Positions 1-9,911 are shown, counted from the stretch's first letter. The stretch: DNA of 64,000 bases from Oscillospiraceae bacterium (GCA_048358235.1 DBGCDL010000013.1:405-64404); one strand, 5' to 3'. Notes: generated by a model from the letters alone, not told the origin. Translations and numbers: made by a program.

Positions 1-1
1 G

Positions 2-2314
2 GAGCAGGCCGCTTCTCAACTGGAGAAGGGACTCTCCAATCAGGACAGCACCCTTCCCACCAAAAGCGTGGGAGAAATTTTCCGGGACAATCTCTGTACC
101 CTCTTTAACCTTATCAATTTGATTCTGGCTGCTGCCGTCGTGTTGGTGGGATCTTATAAGAACCTGCTTTTTCTGGGGGTCGTATTCTGCAATCTGGTCA
201 TCGGCATTTTTCAGGAAATCCGGGCCAAACGCACCATTGACCGGCTGTCCATTCTTTCCTCGGTGAAGGCCCATGTTCTGCGGGACGGAAAGGAGCAGGA
301 AATCCCCACCGATCAGGTGGTGCTGGATGATATCATGCTTCTGTCCCCGGGACGCCAGGTGGTGACGGACGGAGTTCTGCTGGAAGGGGAATGCGAGGTG
401 AACGAGTCCTTTGTCACCGGTGAATCCGACGGGGTGGTAAAACGCCCGGGAGATCTGCTGCTGGCGGGGAGCTTCCTCATCAGCGGGCACGGTTCCGCCC
501 GTGCCGAGCACGTGGGGGGAGACAACTATATTTCCACGATTTCCCGGGGAGCCAAGCAGTTTAAAAAAGTCAATTCCGAAATCATGTCCACCCTTAAAAA
601 AATCATTAAATTCGTTTCGATTATTATTTTCCCCATCGGTGGGATCCTCTTTTACAATCAGCTTCATCTTTCCCATAACACTTTGCAGGAGGCAGTGGTT
701 CAGACTGTTGCCGCTTTGATCGGAATGATTCCGGAGGGACTGATGCTGCTGACCAGTACGGTTCTGGCGGTGAGCGTGATCCGTCTTTCTAAGCATAAGG
801 TGCTGGTGCAGGAGCTTTACTGCATTGAAACGCTGGCGCGGGTGGATACGCTCTGCCTGGACAAAACAGGGACGCTGACTGAGGGCTGCATGGAGGTGGC
901 GGATCTGATCCCCCTGAACGGGGCTTCGCCGGAAGAATGTGAGGCAGCCGTCCGGGCACTGGTCAGTGCCCTCCCTGACCGGAACGCCACCTTTGAGGCC
1001 CTTGCCAAGGCCTACGGGACAGAGTCGGGCTGGACAGCCGATCATACCGTGCCGTTTTCCTCCCGTACCAAGTGGTCCGGAGCGTCGTTCGGCAAAAACG
1101 GAAGCTATGTGATCGGCGCGGGAGAATTCCTGTTTCCCCGGATGGACGGAGAGCTGGAGTCCCGAATTTCCCGGCTCTCGGTGGAAAACCGGGTGCTGGT
1201 GCTGGGCTATTCCGCTCTGCCGTTTTCCGGGCGGGAGCTGCCGTCCCCACTGGTGCCGGTGGGGGTGATCTGTCTTCGGGATAAAATTCGTCCCGAGGCC
1301 GCCCGGACCCTCCGCTATTTTGCGGAGCAGGGGGTGGACGTAAAGGTGATTTCAGGGGATAACGTCACTACGGTGTCCCAGATTGCCAGGCGAACCGGAG
1401 TCCCCGGCTGGGATAAGACCGTGGATCTGTCACTGCTTCACACTGAAGAGGAGGTTAGGGCGGCGGCATTGTGCCATACCGTTTTCGGAAGGGTCTCCCC
1501 TGTCCAAAAAAAGCAGCTGATTGAGTCGCTGAAGGAGCAGGGGCATACGGTCGCTATGACAGGCGACGGAATCAACGACGTTCTCGCCCTTAAGGAAGCG
1601 GACTGCAGCGTTGCCATGGCTTCGGGAAGCGATGCCGCCCGCAACATTTCCCAGCTGGTGCTCCTCAATTCCAATTTTGACTCCATGCCCCGGGTGGTGG
1701 GGGAGGGAAGACGCTCCATCAACAACATTCAGCGCTCCGCCTCCCTTTTTCTCGTAAAGACCATTTATTCCACCCTGCTTGCGGTGATTTTCCTTTTTTT
1801 GAAATCCCCCTATCCCTTTATGCCCATCCAGCTGACCCTCATCAGTGCCGTTACCATCGGCATTCCGGCGCTGGTGCTGGCGCTGGAGCCCAACCGGGCG
1901 CGCATTGAGGGGGACTTCCTCCGCAATATCCTTATGCGGGCGGTGCCCGGAGCGGTTACCATTGTGAGCAATATTCTTGTGACAATCGGGGTATCGTCCC
2001 TTTTTCGATTTACTCCCGAACAGGTGTCCACCATCTGCGTTCTGCTCACGGGATTTACCGGACTTTTGCTGCTGTTCCGGCTCTGCGTTCCCTTTACTCC
2101 CATGCGGAAAGCGCTGGTCCTTTTTCTGTGCATTGTGTTCGGCGGATGCGTGGTTTTGCTTTCCGGGCTGTTTTCCCTTGTCCCTCTGCCCGTTTCGGGA
2201 GTGCTGACCACGCTGGCCATGGCGGCGGTGGCCTTCGGCGAATTTTCGCTGCTGATCCGCCTGATGGAGAATTCCTCTTTTCAGACACCCCGCCGCCCCC
2301 GAAAAAAAGGGTGA
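2..2314 (+). CDS. Cation-transporting P-type ATPase (HAD-IC family), 5' end cut by window edge
   Basis: Frame stays open to the window edge (EQAASQLEKGLSNQD.. precedes the track's GTG at 68). Motifs seen: DKTGTLT phosphorylation site, VTGESD actuator motif, TGDGINDVLALKEADCSVAM hinge, and multiple hydrophobic TM segments. Confidence 0.9.
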   Translation, partial: EQAASQLEKGLSNQDSTLPTKSVGEIFRDNLCTLFNLINLILAAAVVLVGSYKNLLFLGVVFCNLVIGIFQEIRAKRTIDRLSILSSVKAHVLRDGKEQEIPTDQVVLDDIMLLSPGRQVVTDGVLLEGECEVNESFVTGESDGVVKRPGDLLLAGSFLISGHGSARAEHVGGDNYISTISRGAKQFKKVNSEIMSTLKKIIKFVSIIIFPIGGILFYNQLHLSHNTLQEAVVQTVAALIGMIPEGLMLLTSTVLAVSVIRLSKHKVLVQELYCIETLARVDTLCLDKTGTLTEGCMEVADLIPLNGASPEECEAAVRALVSALPDRNATFEALAKAYGTESGWTADHTVPFSSRTKWSGASFGKNGSYVIGAGEFLFPRMDGELESRISRLSVENRVLVLGYSALPFSGRELPSPLVPVGVICLRDKIRPEAARTLRYFAEQGVDVKVISGDNVTTVSQIARRTGVPGWDKTVDLSLLHTEEEVRAAALCHTVFGRVSPVQKKQLIESLKEQGHTVAMTGDGINDVLALKEADCSVAMASGSDAARNISQLVLLNSNFDSMPRVVGEGRRSINNIQRSASLFLVKTIYSTLLAVIFLFLKSPYPFMPIQLTLISAVTIGIPALVLALEPNRARIEGDFLRNILMRAVPGAVTIVSNILVTIGVSSLFRFTPEQVSTICVLLTGFTGLLLLFRLCVPFTPMRKALVLFLCIVFGGCVVLLSGLFSLVPLPVSGVLTTLAMAAVAFGEFSLLIRLMENSSFQTPRRPRKKG

Positions 2315-2392
2315 AGCAGCGCGGAATGATTGGTTTTGCGAAAACGGCCAAAGGTTTTCCCGGATCCGCACGAGCACTGGATTCTTTCCGAA

Positions 2393-2431
2393 AAAAGCGG
2401 TTTGGAAGATATCTTCTTCCAAACCGCTTTT
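2393..2431. terminator. Bidirectional intrinsic terminator between convergent ATPase and LysR genes
   Basis: Perfect ~17-bp inverted repeat AAAAGCGGTTTGGAAGA / TCTTCCAAACCGCTTTT, flanked by an A-run and a T-run. Confidence 0.7.
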
Positions 2432-2448
2432 GTGAGGAGTACTGATTC

Positions 2449-3348
2449 TTATCGGGTTTGCTGCTTGACCAGACCGATAAACTGCTTTTCGTCGGCGGTC
2501 AGGGTATGGTCGTCCTTATAAACGACAATATCCGTGTTTTTCATGCCGGCCTCCGCACATTCCTTCATGACCAGATGATTCTGGGAAAGCACCGAGTAGG
2601 GAACGGGAGAAACCCACATATAGGAGCCTTCCACCCGGCGAAGGATGTCATACTGGCTGCCCCGTTCATAGATATACACCCTCCGCTTGCTGCCCTTCAG
2701 CCGGGCATCCCGGTTGATCTGGGCAAAGGAAAGGGAGGGAACCTGCACATCCCCGTGGGTCAGCTCGATATAGCCGTCCAGAAGATGGTAGGGAATATCC
2801 GTGGCCTCCGCCAGCGGATGATTCTCACTCATGAGAAGGCACATCCGGTATTCCCAGACAGGCTCCCATTTCAGCTTCATATTTTCAATAAAATTCAGAT
2901 AATAGTCCTCATAAATGTTCTGGTAGCGGACAATGGCCAGCTGGGATTCCCCGTTGACCACGTCAGTAATGGCTCCCATGCTGGAGGTTTCCTTAAAATG
3001 GACCGACAGAGGCACCTCTGCCGGGACGGTTTCCAAAAATTCGGTGAACGCCACCGAAATATAAGTGGCGCGGGGCACCGATACGGAAAATTTGAATTCC
3101 CGCCCGGTCTGCGGCTTATACAGCGATTCCAGTTCATCCATCTGGGACAAAATCGTATGAGCGTAGGTCAGAAATTCCGCGCCCATCTCGGTGGGCTCCA
3201 CGCCTTGCCGGGTACGGCGGAAAAGGGTAATTCCGATTTCGCCCTCCAGCTCCTTAATCGCCTTGCTGAGATTCGGCTGACCCATGTAGAGGTTTTTCGC
3301 GGCCTTTGTAATCGACCCTGTTTTTTCCACTTCGGTCACATATCGCAA
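2449..3348 (-). CDS. LysR-family transcriptional regulator
   Basis: N-terminal wHTH (GSITKAAKNLYMGQPNLSKAIKELE), ~300 aa, divergent from the adjacent dehydrogenase gene. The track start is a TTG; the true start may lie a few codons upstream (NLQHLRYV). Confidence 0.9.
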   Translation of the reverse strand: MRYVTEVEKTGSITKAAKNLYMGQPNLSKAIKELEGEIGITLFRRTRQGVEPTEMGAEFLTYAHTILSQMDELESLYKPQTGREFKFSVSVPRATYISVAFTEFLETVPAEVPLSVHFKETSSMGAITDVVNGESQLAIVRYQNIYEDYYLNFIENMKLKWEPVWEYRMCLLMSENHPLAEATDIPYHLLDGYIELTHGDVQVPSLSFAQINRDARLKGSKRRVYIYERGSQYDILRRVEGSYMWVSPVPYSVLSQNHLVMKECAEAGMKNTDIVVYKDDHTLTADEKQFIGLVKQQTR

Positions 3349-3625
3349 ATGCTGTAAATTCAGTACAAGTCACCCCTTGCTTCACGCTTGGGACAGGTTT
3401 GCCCTGTCCGCGGCGGTCATATTGGGAAAGCTTAAAATTCGCCATGATTTCCCTATTGTCTCTATTATATACCGTCCATTCCGAAAAAGCATTACCCGAT
3501 TGTGAAAAAGAGTGTTAAAATAATAACAAATAGAAAAAACAGCGGTACTGCCCGACGGAAGATCAATAAAATCAAGCTGATCCGCTGACGGCTGACTTCC
3601 GCAATATTATTTAGGAGGACTTTTT

Positions 3626-4810
3626 ATGCGTTTCACATTACCAAGAGACATTTATTACGGCAAGGGATCTTTGGATGAGCTGAAAAACCTGACCGGTAAA
3701 AAGGCAATTGTTGTTGTCGGCGGCGGTTCCATGAAGCGTTTCGGCTTTCTGGATAAGGTTGTGGCAAATCTGGAAGCGGCCGGCTTGGAAACCAGACTGT
3801 TTGAAGGCGTAGAGCCCGATCCGTCTGTAGAGACCGTTATGAAGGGCGCAAAGGCCATGCAGGAATTCCAGCCCGACTGGATCGTTGCCATCGGCGGCGG
3901 CTCCCCCATCGATGCAGCAAAAGCAATGTGGGCGTTCTATGAATACCCCGAGACCAAGTTTGAAGATCTGGTTACTCCCTTCAACTTCCCCACTCTGCGT
4001 CAGAAGGCGAAATTCCTGGCAATCCCCTCTACCTCCGGCACTGCCACCGAGGTGACCGCTTTCTCCGTTATCACCGACTATCACAAGGGCATCAAATATC
4101 CGCTGGCTGACTTCAACATCACTCCCGATGTTGCCGTTGTTGATCCGGAGCTGGCCGAGACCATGCCTGCAAAGCTTACCGCTTACACCGGTATGGACGC
4201 TCTGACCCACGCCATCGAGGCTTATGTATCCACCCTGCATTCTCCTTTCACCGATCCTCTGGCAATCCAGGCGATTCAGATGATTTTCGAATATCTGCCC
4301 GCTTCCTACAAAGGCTGCACCGCTGCCCGTGAGCAGATGCACTATGCGCAGTGCCTGGCCGGTATGGCGTTCTCCAACGCGCTGCTGGGCATCGTTCACT
4401 CCATGGCTCATAAGACCGGCGCCGCTTTCGCCAACGGACACATTGTTCACGGCTGCGCCAACGCCATGTACCTGCCCAAGGTGATCAAGTTCAACGCCCA
4501 GAATCCGGAAGCCCGTGAGCGTTACGCCACCATTGCCCGTGCAGTGGGACTGACCGGCGACTCCTCCAATCTGGTGGACGCTCTGTGCCGCAAGATCCGC
4601 GAGTACAACGAGCTGCTGAACATCCCGACCTGCATCAAGAACTACGAAAACGGCATGGTGCCGGAGGACGAGTTCAAAACAAAGCTGCATGACGTTGCCG
4701 CTCTGGCCATCAGCGATGCCTGCACCGGCTCCAACCCCCGCCAGCCTTCCCAGGAAGAGATGGAGAAGCTGCTCAATGCCTGCTACTACGATCTGGATGT
4801 GGACTTCTAA
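3626..4810 (+). CDS. Iron-containing (class III) alcohol dehydrogenase
   Basis: Fe-ADH signatures GGGSPIDAAKA, HAIEAY and HSMAHK; 394 aa; AGGAGG RBS 7 nt upstream of the ATG. Confidence 0.9.
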   Translation: MRFTLPRDIYYGKGSLDELKNLTGKKAIVVVGGGSMKRFGFLDKVVANLEAAGLETRLFEGVEPDPSVETVMKGAKAMQEFQPDWIVAIGGGSPIDAAKAMWAFYEYPETKFEDLVTPFNFPTLRQKAKFLAIPSTSGTATEVTAFSVITDYHKGIKYPLADFNITPDVAVVDPELAETMPAKLTAYTGMDALTHAIEAYVSTLHSPFTDPLAIQAIQMIFEYLPASYKGCTAAREQMHYAQCLAGMAFSNALLGIVHSMAHKTGAAFANGHIVHGCANAMYLPKVIKFNAQNPEARERYATIARAVGLTGDSSNLVDALCRKIREYNELLNIPTCIKNYENGMVPEDEFKTKLHDVAALAISDACTGSNPRQPSQEEMEKLLNACYYDLDVDF

Positions 4811-4908
4811 GAACACGCAGACTGATCCTGTTCCCCCCCTTTCGGGAAACTCCTGTCGCGCGGACTTCCGGAAATGTGGGGAAATCTCCCGAAAATCCTT
4901 GCATTTTG

Positions 4909-4937
4909 TTGCATAGCTCTTCAAAATCGTGTATAAT
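4909..4937 (+). promoter_or_regulatory. Putative sigma-A promoter of nfnAB (TTGCAT-17-TATAAT)
   Basis: TTGCAT at 4909-4914 and TATAAT at 4932-4937 with a 17-nt spacer, ~100 nt upstream of nfnA. Confidence 0.45.
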
Positions 4938-4965
4938 AATAGACTAAGCCGTCTATTATGTTGAC

Positions 4966-4995
4966 GTCAGGGACGGAGAGAACTCCGTCCCTGAC
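4966..4995 (+). promoter_or_regulatory. 13-bp perfect hairpin in the nfnA 5' leader
   Basis: GTCAGGGACGGAG-AGAA-CTCCGTCCCTGAC. No T-run follows, so it is not an obvious terminator. Confidence 0.5.
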
Positions 4996-5040
4996 TCACA
5001 TCATGGCGAAAATAATCCCAATTGGAATTGAGGAATGAAT

Positions 5041-5883
5041 ATGTATAAAATCCTGAAAAAGAGAGAACTGAATCCCACAGTGACTCTCATGGACATCGAG
5101 GCTCCTCTGGTTGCCAAAAAAGCGGAGCCGGGTCAGTTCATCATCCTCCGCGTAGACGAAAACGGCGAACGGATTCCCCTGACAATAGCGGACTACAACC
5201 GTGAAAGCGGCACAGTCACCATTATATTCCAGATTGTCGGCGCTACCACCGAAAAGCTGAATCATCTGGAGGAGGGCGACAGCCTGCACGATTTTGTGGG
5301 CCCCTTAGGGACACCTTCCCATGTGGAGGGACTGAAAAAGGTGGCGGTCATCGGCGGCGGCGTGGGCTGCGCCATTGCACTGCCTGTCGCCAAGAAGCTG
5401 CATGAGCTGGGCGCCGAAGTCCACTCCATCGTCGGCTTCCGGAACAAGGATCTGGTCATTCTCGAGGACGAGTTCAAGGCTTGCTCCTCCAAGTTTGTCA
5501 TGATGACCGACGACGGTTCCCACGGTCAAAAGGGTCTGGTCACCAATGCGCTGGAGGAATTGATCAAAGCGGGAGAGCAGTATGACGAAGTCATCGCCAT
5601 CGGCCCTCTGATTATGATGAAATTCGTCTGCAAGCTGACCAAGCAGTACGGAATCAAAACCGTAGTAAGTATGAATCCCATCATGATTGACGGAACGGGA
5701 ATGTGCGGCGGCTGCCGGCTTACCGTGGGCGGCGAAACCAAGTTTGCCTGTGTGGACGGACCTGATTTTGACGGCCATCTGGTAGACTTTGACGAAGCCA
5801 TGGAGCGTTCCACCATGTACCGCGATTTTGAGCGGCATCAGCATGAAGAAACCTGCAATCTGTATAAAAAGGAGGTTCGGTAA
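5041..5883 (+). CDS. nfnA: NfnA-type subunit (ferredoxin-NADP reductase fold with 2Fe-2S; sulfide dehydrogenase/GltD-partner family)
   Basis: FAD/NAD-binding reductase fold (GQFIILRV.., VIGGGVGCA) and a C-terminal Cys cluster (CGGCRLTVGGETKFACVDGP). Immediately followed by a gltD-like gene. ATG 5041 preferred over 5035 because of GAGGAA RBS spacing. Confidence 0.8.
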   Translation: MYKILKKRELNPTVTLMDIEAPLVAKKAEPGQFIILRVDENGERIPLTIADYNRESGTVTIIFQIVGATTEKLNHLEEGDSLHDFVGPLGTPSHVEGLKKVAVIGGGVGCAIALPVAKKLHELGAEVHSIVGFRNKDLVILEDEFKACSSKFVMMTDDGSHGQKGLVTNALEELIKAGEQYDEVIAIGPLIMMKFVCKLTKQYGIKTVVSMNPIMIDGTGMCGGCRLTVGGETKFACVDGPDFDGHLVDFDEAMERSTMYRDFERHQHEETCNLYKKEVR

Positions 5884-5885
5884 TC

Positions 5886-7280
5886 ATGGCGAATATGTCG
5901 CTGAAGAAAAACGAGATGCCCGTACAGGCACCGAACATCCGGAACAGAAACTTTGAAGAGGTGGCCCTGGGCTATACCGAGCTGCAGGCCATTGACGAGG
6001 CAAACCGCTGTCTGAACTGCAAGAATAAGCCCTGCGTCTCCGGCTGCCCTGTCAGCATTGACATCCCCGCCTTTATTGCTAAAATCAGAGAAAGCGATTT
6101 CGAGGGTGCCTATCAGGTTCTGCACAAGCAGTCATCTCTCCCCGCGGTCTGCGGACGGGTCTGCCCCCAGGAATCCCAATGCGAAAGCAAATGCGTGCGC
6201 GGTATTAAGGGCGAGCCGGTAGCCATCGGCCGTCTGGAGCGTTTTGCCGCCGACTGGCACATGCAGCACTGCAAGGAAGCACCGGTTCAGCCTGCTTCCA
6301 ACGGCCACAAGGTGGCGGTGGTAGGGGCCGGCCCCTCGGGCTTGACCTGTGCAGGCGATTTGCAGAAAGCCGGCTATGAGGTCACTGTGTTTGAGGCGCT
6401 TCATACTGCCGGCGGCGTTCTGGTATACGGTATTCCGGAATTCCGTCTGCCCAAGGCGATTGTCCAGAAGGAAGTGGACAATCTGAAGGCCATGGGCGTG
6501 AAAGTGGAGACCAATGTAGTCATCGGGCGCACCATTACGGTGGATGAACTGTTTGAGGACGGCTTTGAGGCCATTTTTATCGGTTCCGGCGCCGGACTGC
6601 CCCGCTTTATGAATATTCCCGGTGAAAACCTCAAGGGCGTTTATTCCGCCAATGAATTCCTGACCCGGACCAACCTGATGAAGGCATACCGGGAGAGCAG
6701 CCCCACCCCCATTGAGCACGCCAAAAAGGTGGCAGTAGTGGGCGGCGGCAACGTGGCAATGGATGCTGCACGGTGTGCGATGCGTCTGGGCGCGGAGGAA
6801 GTGCACATTGTTTACCGCCGCGGTCTGGAAGAAATGCCTGCCCGTAAGGAAGAAGTGGAGCACGCCATGGAGGAGGGCATCATTTTCGATACCCTCACCA
6901 ACCCGGTGGAGATTCTGGGCGACGAGCACAAGTTTGTCAAGGGCATGAAGTGTGTGAAAATGGAGCTGGGTGAACCGGATGCTTCCGGCCGCCGCCGTCC
7001 TGTTGAGAAGGCCGGTTCCGAGTTCGTGATGGATCTGGACTGTGTGGTCATGTCCATCGGCACCTCTCCCAACCCGCTGATCCGCAATACCACCAAAGGG
7101 CTGGACACCAACCGTCACGGCTGCATCATTGCAGAGGAAGATACCGGTCTGACTTCCCGTGAGGGCATATATGCGGGCGGCGATGCTGTCACCGGCGCCG
7201 CGACCGTAATTCTGGCGATGGGCGCGGGCAAAAATGCGGCGAAGGCCATCGACGAGTACATTCAAGGGAAAAAGAACTAG
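5886..7280 (+). CDS. nfnB: NfnB-type subunit (NADPH-dependent glutamate synthase beta-chain homolog)
   Basis: Two Cys clusters (CLNCKNKPCVSGCP; CGRVCPQESQCESKC), two dinucleotide folds (VVGAGPSGL; VVGGGNVAMD), and an AGGAGG RBS. Confidence 0.8.
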   Translation: MANMSLKKNEMPVQAPNIRNRNFEEVALGYTELQAIDEANRCLNCKNKPCVSGCPVSIDIPAFIAKIRESDFEGAYQVLHKQSSLPAVCGRVCPQESQCESKCVRGIKGEPVAIGRLERFAADWHMQHCKEAPVQPASNGHKVAVVGAGPSGLTCAGDLQKAGYEVTVFEALHTAGGVLVYGIPEFRLPKAIVQKEVDNLKAMGVKVETNVVIGRTITVDELFEDGFEAIFIGSGAGLPRFMNIPGENLKGVYSANEFLTRTNLMKAYRESSPTPIEHAKKVAVVGGGNVAMDAARCAMRLGAEEVHIVYRRGLEEMPARKEEVEHAMEEGIIFDTLTNPVEILGDEHKFVKGMKCVKMELGEPDASGRRRPVEKAGSEFVMDLDCVVMSIGTSPNPLIRNTTKGLDTNRHGCIIAEEDTGLTSREGIYAGGDAVTGAATVILAMGAGKNAAKAIDEYIQGKKN

Positions 7281-7356
7281 TTCTGATACACAAAAATACC
7301 CGCGGCCATCGCCAGCGATGAGGCGCGGGCAAAAATGCCGATGAATCCGAAAAAAA

Positions 7357-7388
7357 GGACTGACGCCATATGGCATCAGTCCTTTTTT
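7357..7388 (+). terminator. Intrinsic terminator after nfnB
   Basis: GGACTGACGCC-ATAT-GGCATCAGTCC followed by TTTTTT, with an A-run upstream. Confidence 0.7.
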
Positions 7389-7396
7389 AAAATAAC

Positions 7397-7431
7397 GAGG
7401 GAGGCTTTTTCTCTTGCAAAAAGCCTCCCTC
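7397..7431. other. Second hairpin in the convergent intergenic region
   Basis: GAGGGAGGCTTTTT-CTCTTGC-AAAAAGCCTCCCTC, a 14-bp perfect stem. Confidence 0.5.
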
Positions 7432-7518
7432 TTGCCGTCCTTGCCGGCAATTCACCCGCAAAAATGCGCTTCCCAGCACAAAGCTTTCGCCGTTTGCGAA
7501 CGGCGATTCAGGGCGGCG

Positions 7519-7715
7519 CCCCGGGCCGCAGGCCCGGACCCACTGCCGTTTCAGCAAATGCTGAAACGGAGAGCAAAGGTCAGTTGCAGACAAAAGCGAA
7601 AGTTTCGCCCGCCCCCGGGCCGCAGGCCCGGACCCACTGCCGTTTCAGCAAATGCTGAAACGGGGAGCAGAGGTCAGTTGCAGACAAAAACGAAAGTTTT
7701 ACCTGCCCCCGGGCC
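7519..7715. repeat. Tandem direct repeat: 2 full 94-bp units plus the start of a third, each with two hairpins
   Basis: Units 7519-7612 and 7613-7706 differ at about 6 positions, and CCCCGGGCC restarts at 7707. Each unit contains CCGGGCC-GCA-GGCCCGG and the palindrome CCGTTTCAGCA-AA-TGCTGAAACGG. Confidence 0.9.
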
Positions 7716-7728
7716 CCGAACCCGGGAC

Positions 7729-9801
7729 TTAACGAGAAGCTTCGCCGGAGTTCAGACAGGTGGACAGCGTCATGGTTTCAGGAAAATAACGGGTTCCGTC
7801 CCGGTCAGTCAGGAGCACGGCCGCCCGGTCAATGGGGAGTATCACTTCCGATTTCTCACCCGGCGCCAGCGTGACCCGCTCAAAGCCAACCAGCTTGCAG
7901 TGGGGTGTGGTGTAACGTTCTTTTCCGTAACGGGCGTAGGCCTGTACCGGCAGACTGCCTTCCCGGTCACCGGTATTGGTTACGGTGACTGCAAGCGCGG
8001 CGGTGTTGTCCTCAAAACTTCCGGTCAAACGGGACTCACCCAGCTCAAAATGGGTATAGGACAGCCCATATCCGAAGGGATAGAGGGGGGCCTTGTTCAG
8101 ATAGCGGTAAGTGCGACCCTCCATGTTATAGTTTTCAAAGGCAGGAATATCCTCCAAAGCCCGGTAAAAGGTGACGGGAGTGCGTCCGCTGGGATTCTGG
8201 TCGCCAAAGAGAATGTCCGCAATCGCCCGCCCGCCTTCGCTTCCCGGATACCATCCGTACAGGATCGCGTCCGCATTTTCGTCCGCCCAGGCAAGCTCCA
8301 GTGCGCCCCCTGCCAGCACCACAAGAATCATGGGCTTGCCGGTCTTTTTCACCGCTTCCAGCAATTCCTGTTGAAAACCGGGGAACTTCAGAGTAGCTTT
8401 GTCTCCCGCTCCGTACTCGTTGTTGGCGTCACCCTCTTCGCCTTCAATGGACGGGTCAAGTCCCATCACCATTACTACCGCGTCGGAGTTTTCCGCTACG
8501 GATAGCGCTTCGCTGAATCCGTCCCGGGGAGTGGAGCAGCTCTCCAGCACTTCCTTGTATAAGGGACAGCCTACCCCGTAGAGAACCCGGACGTCGTCGC
8601 CGCAGGCATTCTGGATTCCCTCCAGAACTGTCCAGTAACGCGCCGCCGTACCGTTGTAGTTGCCTTCCAGCGCCCGGATGCTGACAGCGTTGGGGCCGAT
8701 GACGCCGATGGTGCGGAGTGCCTCCTTCTTAAGGGGAAGCAGCCCGTTGTTTTTCAGCATGACTATGCTCTCCACAGAAGCCTGATAGGCCTGTTTCAAA
8801 TGCTCGGCACAGCCCACCTTGAGGTAATCGTCCTCTTTGGAATAGGGGCAGTCCGGGTCAAAAAGGCCCAGCTTCATCCGGGTGGCCATGACCCGGATTG
8901 CCGAACGGTCAATATCCTCCTCGGTTACGAGCCCTTCCTCGTATGCCTCCATTATATGCAGATACACATTGCCGCAGTTCAGATCGCAGCCCGCCTTCAG
9001 AGCTGCTGCGGCGGATTCCGGGGCCGTGTGGGTATAAAGGCAGAACATATGCATATCCGCCAGTGCGCCGCAGTCGGATACGAAGTAGCCGTTGAAGCCC
9101 CACTTGTTGCGCAGTACGTCTTCAATCAGGGCATTGGCACAGGAGGGTACGCCGTTAATCATGTTGTAGGCGCCCATCACACTTTCCACATCGGCTTTTT
9201 CCACGCACCACTGGAAGGCGGGAAGGTAGGTATCGTACAGATCAAAATCGGAGACCACGCTGTTGAAGCCGTGGCGGGTGCCCTCAGGGCCGGAATGGGC
9301 CGCCAGATGTTTGGTGCAGGCTGCCGCCATATAATAGCGGTCGTCGTCGCCTTCCTGAATGCCGCGGATGTAATTTTCCCCGCAGAGCGAGGTCAGCACA
9401 GGATCTTCACCGTAGGTTTCATGCCCCCGTCCCCAGCGCGGGTCACGGTAAATATTGATATTGGGAGCCCAGAGAGTAAGTCCCTTGTAGATTGTATGGT
9501 CGCCGTGCTTCTGGGCTTCGTTGAATTTGATCCGTGCCTCCACACCGGTAATTTTTCCGGCGGTGTGGATCATGCCCTTGTCAAAGGTGGCCGCAAGGCC
9601 GATTGCCTGGGGAAATACTGTGGCGGTGCCGGCGCGCGCCACACCGTGAAGCCCCTCGTTCCACCAGTTGTAAGAGGGAATTCCCAGGCGGGGAATGGCG
9701 GGGGATTCATAGCTTAGCTGGGAAGCTTTTTCCTCCAGCGTCATCTGGGCCACCAGCTCTTTGGCCCGGGAGAGATATTGTTTGTGAAGTTCTTTTTTCA
9801 T
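7729..9801 (-). CDS. Glycoside hydrolase family 3 (beta-glucosidase/beta-xylosidase type)
   Basis: GH3 opening LTLEEKASQLS and nucleophile region KWGFNGYFVSDCGAL, ~690 aa. Start placed at ATG 9801 (MKKELHKQYL, AAAGGA RBS); the track's extra 48 codons run into the upstream gene. Confidence 0.9.
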   Translation of the reverse strand: MKKELHKQYLSRAKELVAQMTLEEKASQLSYESPAIPRLGIPSYNWWNEGLHGVARAGTATVFPQAIGLAATFDKGMIHTAGKITGVEARIKFNEAQKHGDHTIYKGLTLWAPNINIYRDPRWGRGHETYGEDPVLTSLCGENYIRGIQEGDDDRYYMAAACTKHLAAHSGPEGTRHGFNSVVSDFDLYDTYLPAFQWCVEKADVESVMGAYNMINGVPSCANALIEDVLRNKWGFNGYFVSDCGALADMHMFCLYTHTAPESAAAALKAGCDLNCGNVYLHIMEAYEEGLVTEEDIDRSAIRVMATRMKLGLFDPDCPYSKEDDYLKVGCAEHLKQAYQASVESIVMLKNNGLLPLKKEALRTIGVIGPNAVSIRALEGNYNGTAARYWTVLEGIQNACGDDVRVLYGVGCPLYKEVLESCSTPRDGFSEALSVAENSDAVVMVMGLDPSIEGEEGDANNEYGAGDKATLKFPGFQQELLEAVKKTGKPMILVVLAGGALELAWADENADAILYGWYPGSEGGRAIADILFGDQNPSGRTPVTFYRALEDIPAFENYNMEGRTYRYLNKAPLYPFGYGLSYTHFELGESRLTGSFEDNTAALAVTVTNTGDREGSLPVQAYARYGKERYTTPHCKLVGFERVTLAPGEKSEVILPIDRAAVLLTDRDGTRYFPETMTLSTCLNSGEASR

Positions 9802-9911
9802 TGTGAAGTCGTCCTTTCTTTTGGCATGGAAATTATAGTGTGTTCGAGCACATATAGCTTGCAAAACATCAGCTTCCTGTCCGGAAGAAATTTTTAAAGC
9901 CATCGGGCGGT

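Noticed and set aside
7519-7715. Possible CRISPR array
   Set aside because: The repeat units are contiguous with no spacers. The 94-bp unit is far longer than CRISPR repeats, and no cas genes are present.
7414-8505. 363-aa plus-strand ORF running through the 94-bp tandem repeats into the GH3 antisense
   Set aside because: The apparent protein is just translated repeat units (..GPDPLPFQQMLKRR.. appears twice) followed by GH3 antisense. It has no RBS and no domain.
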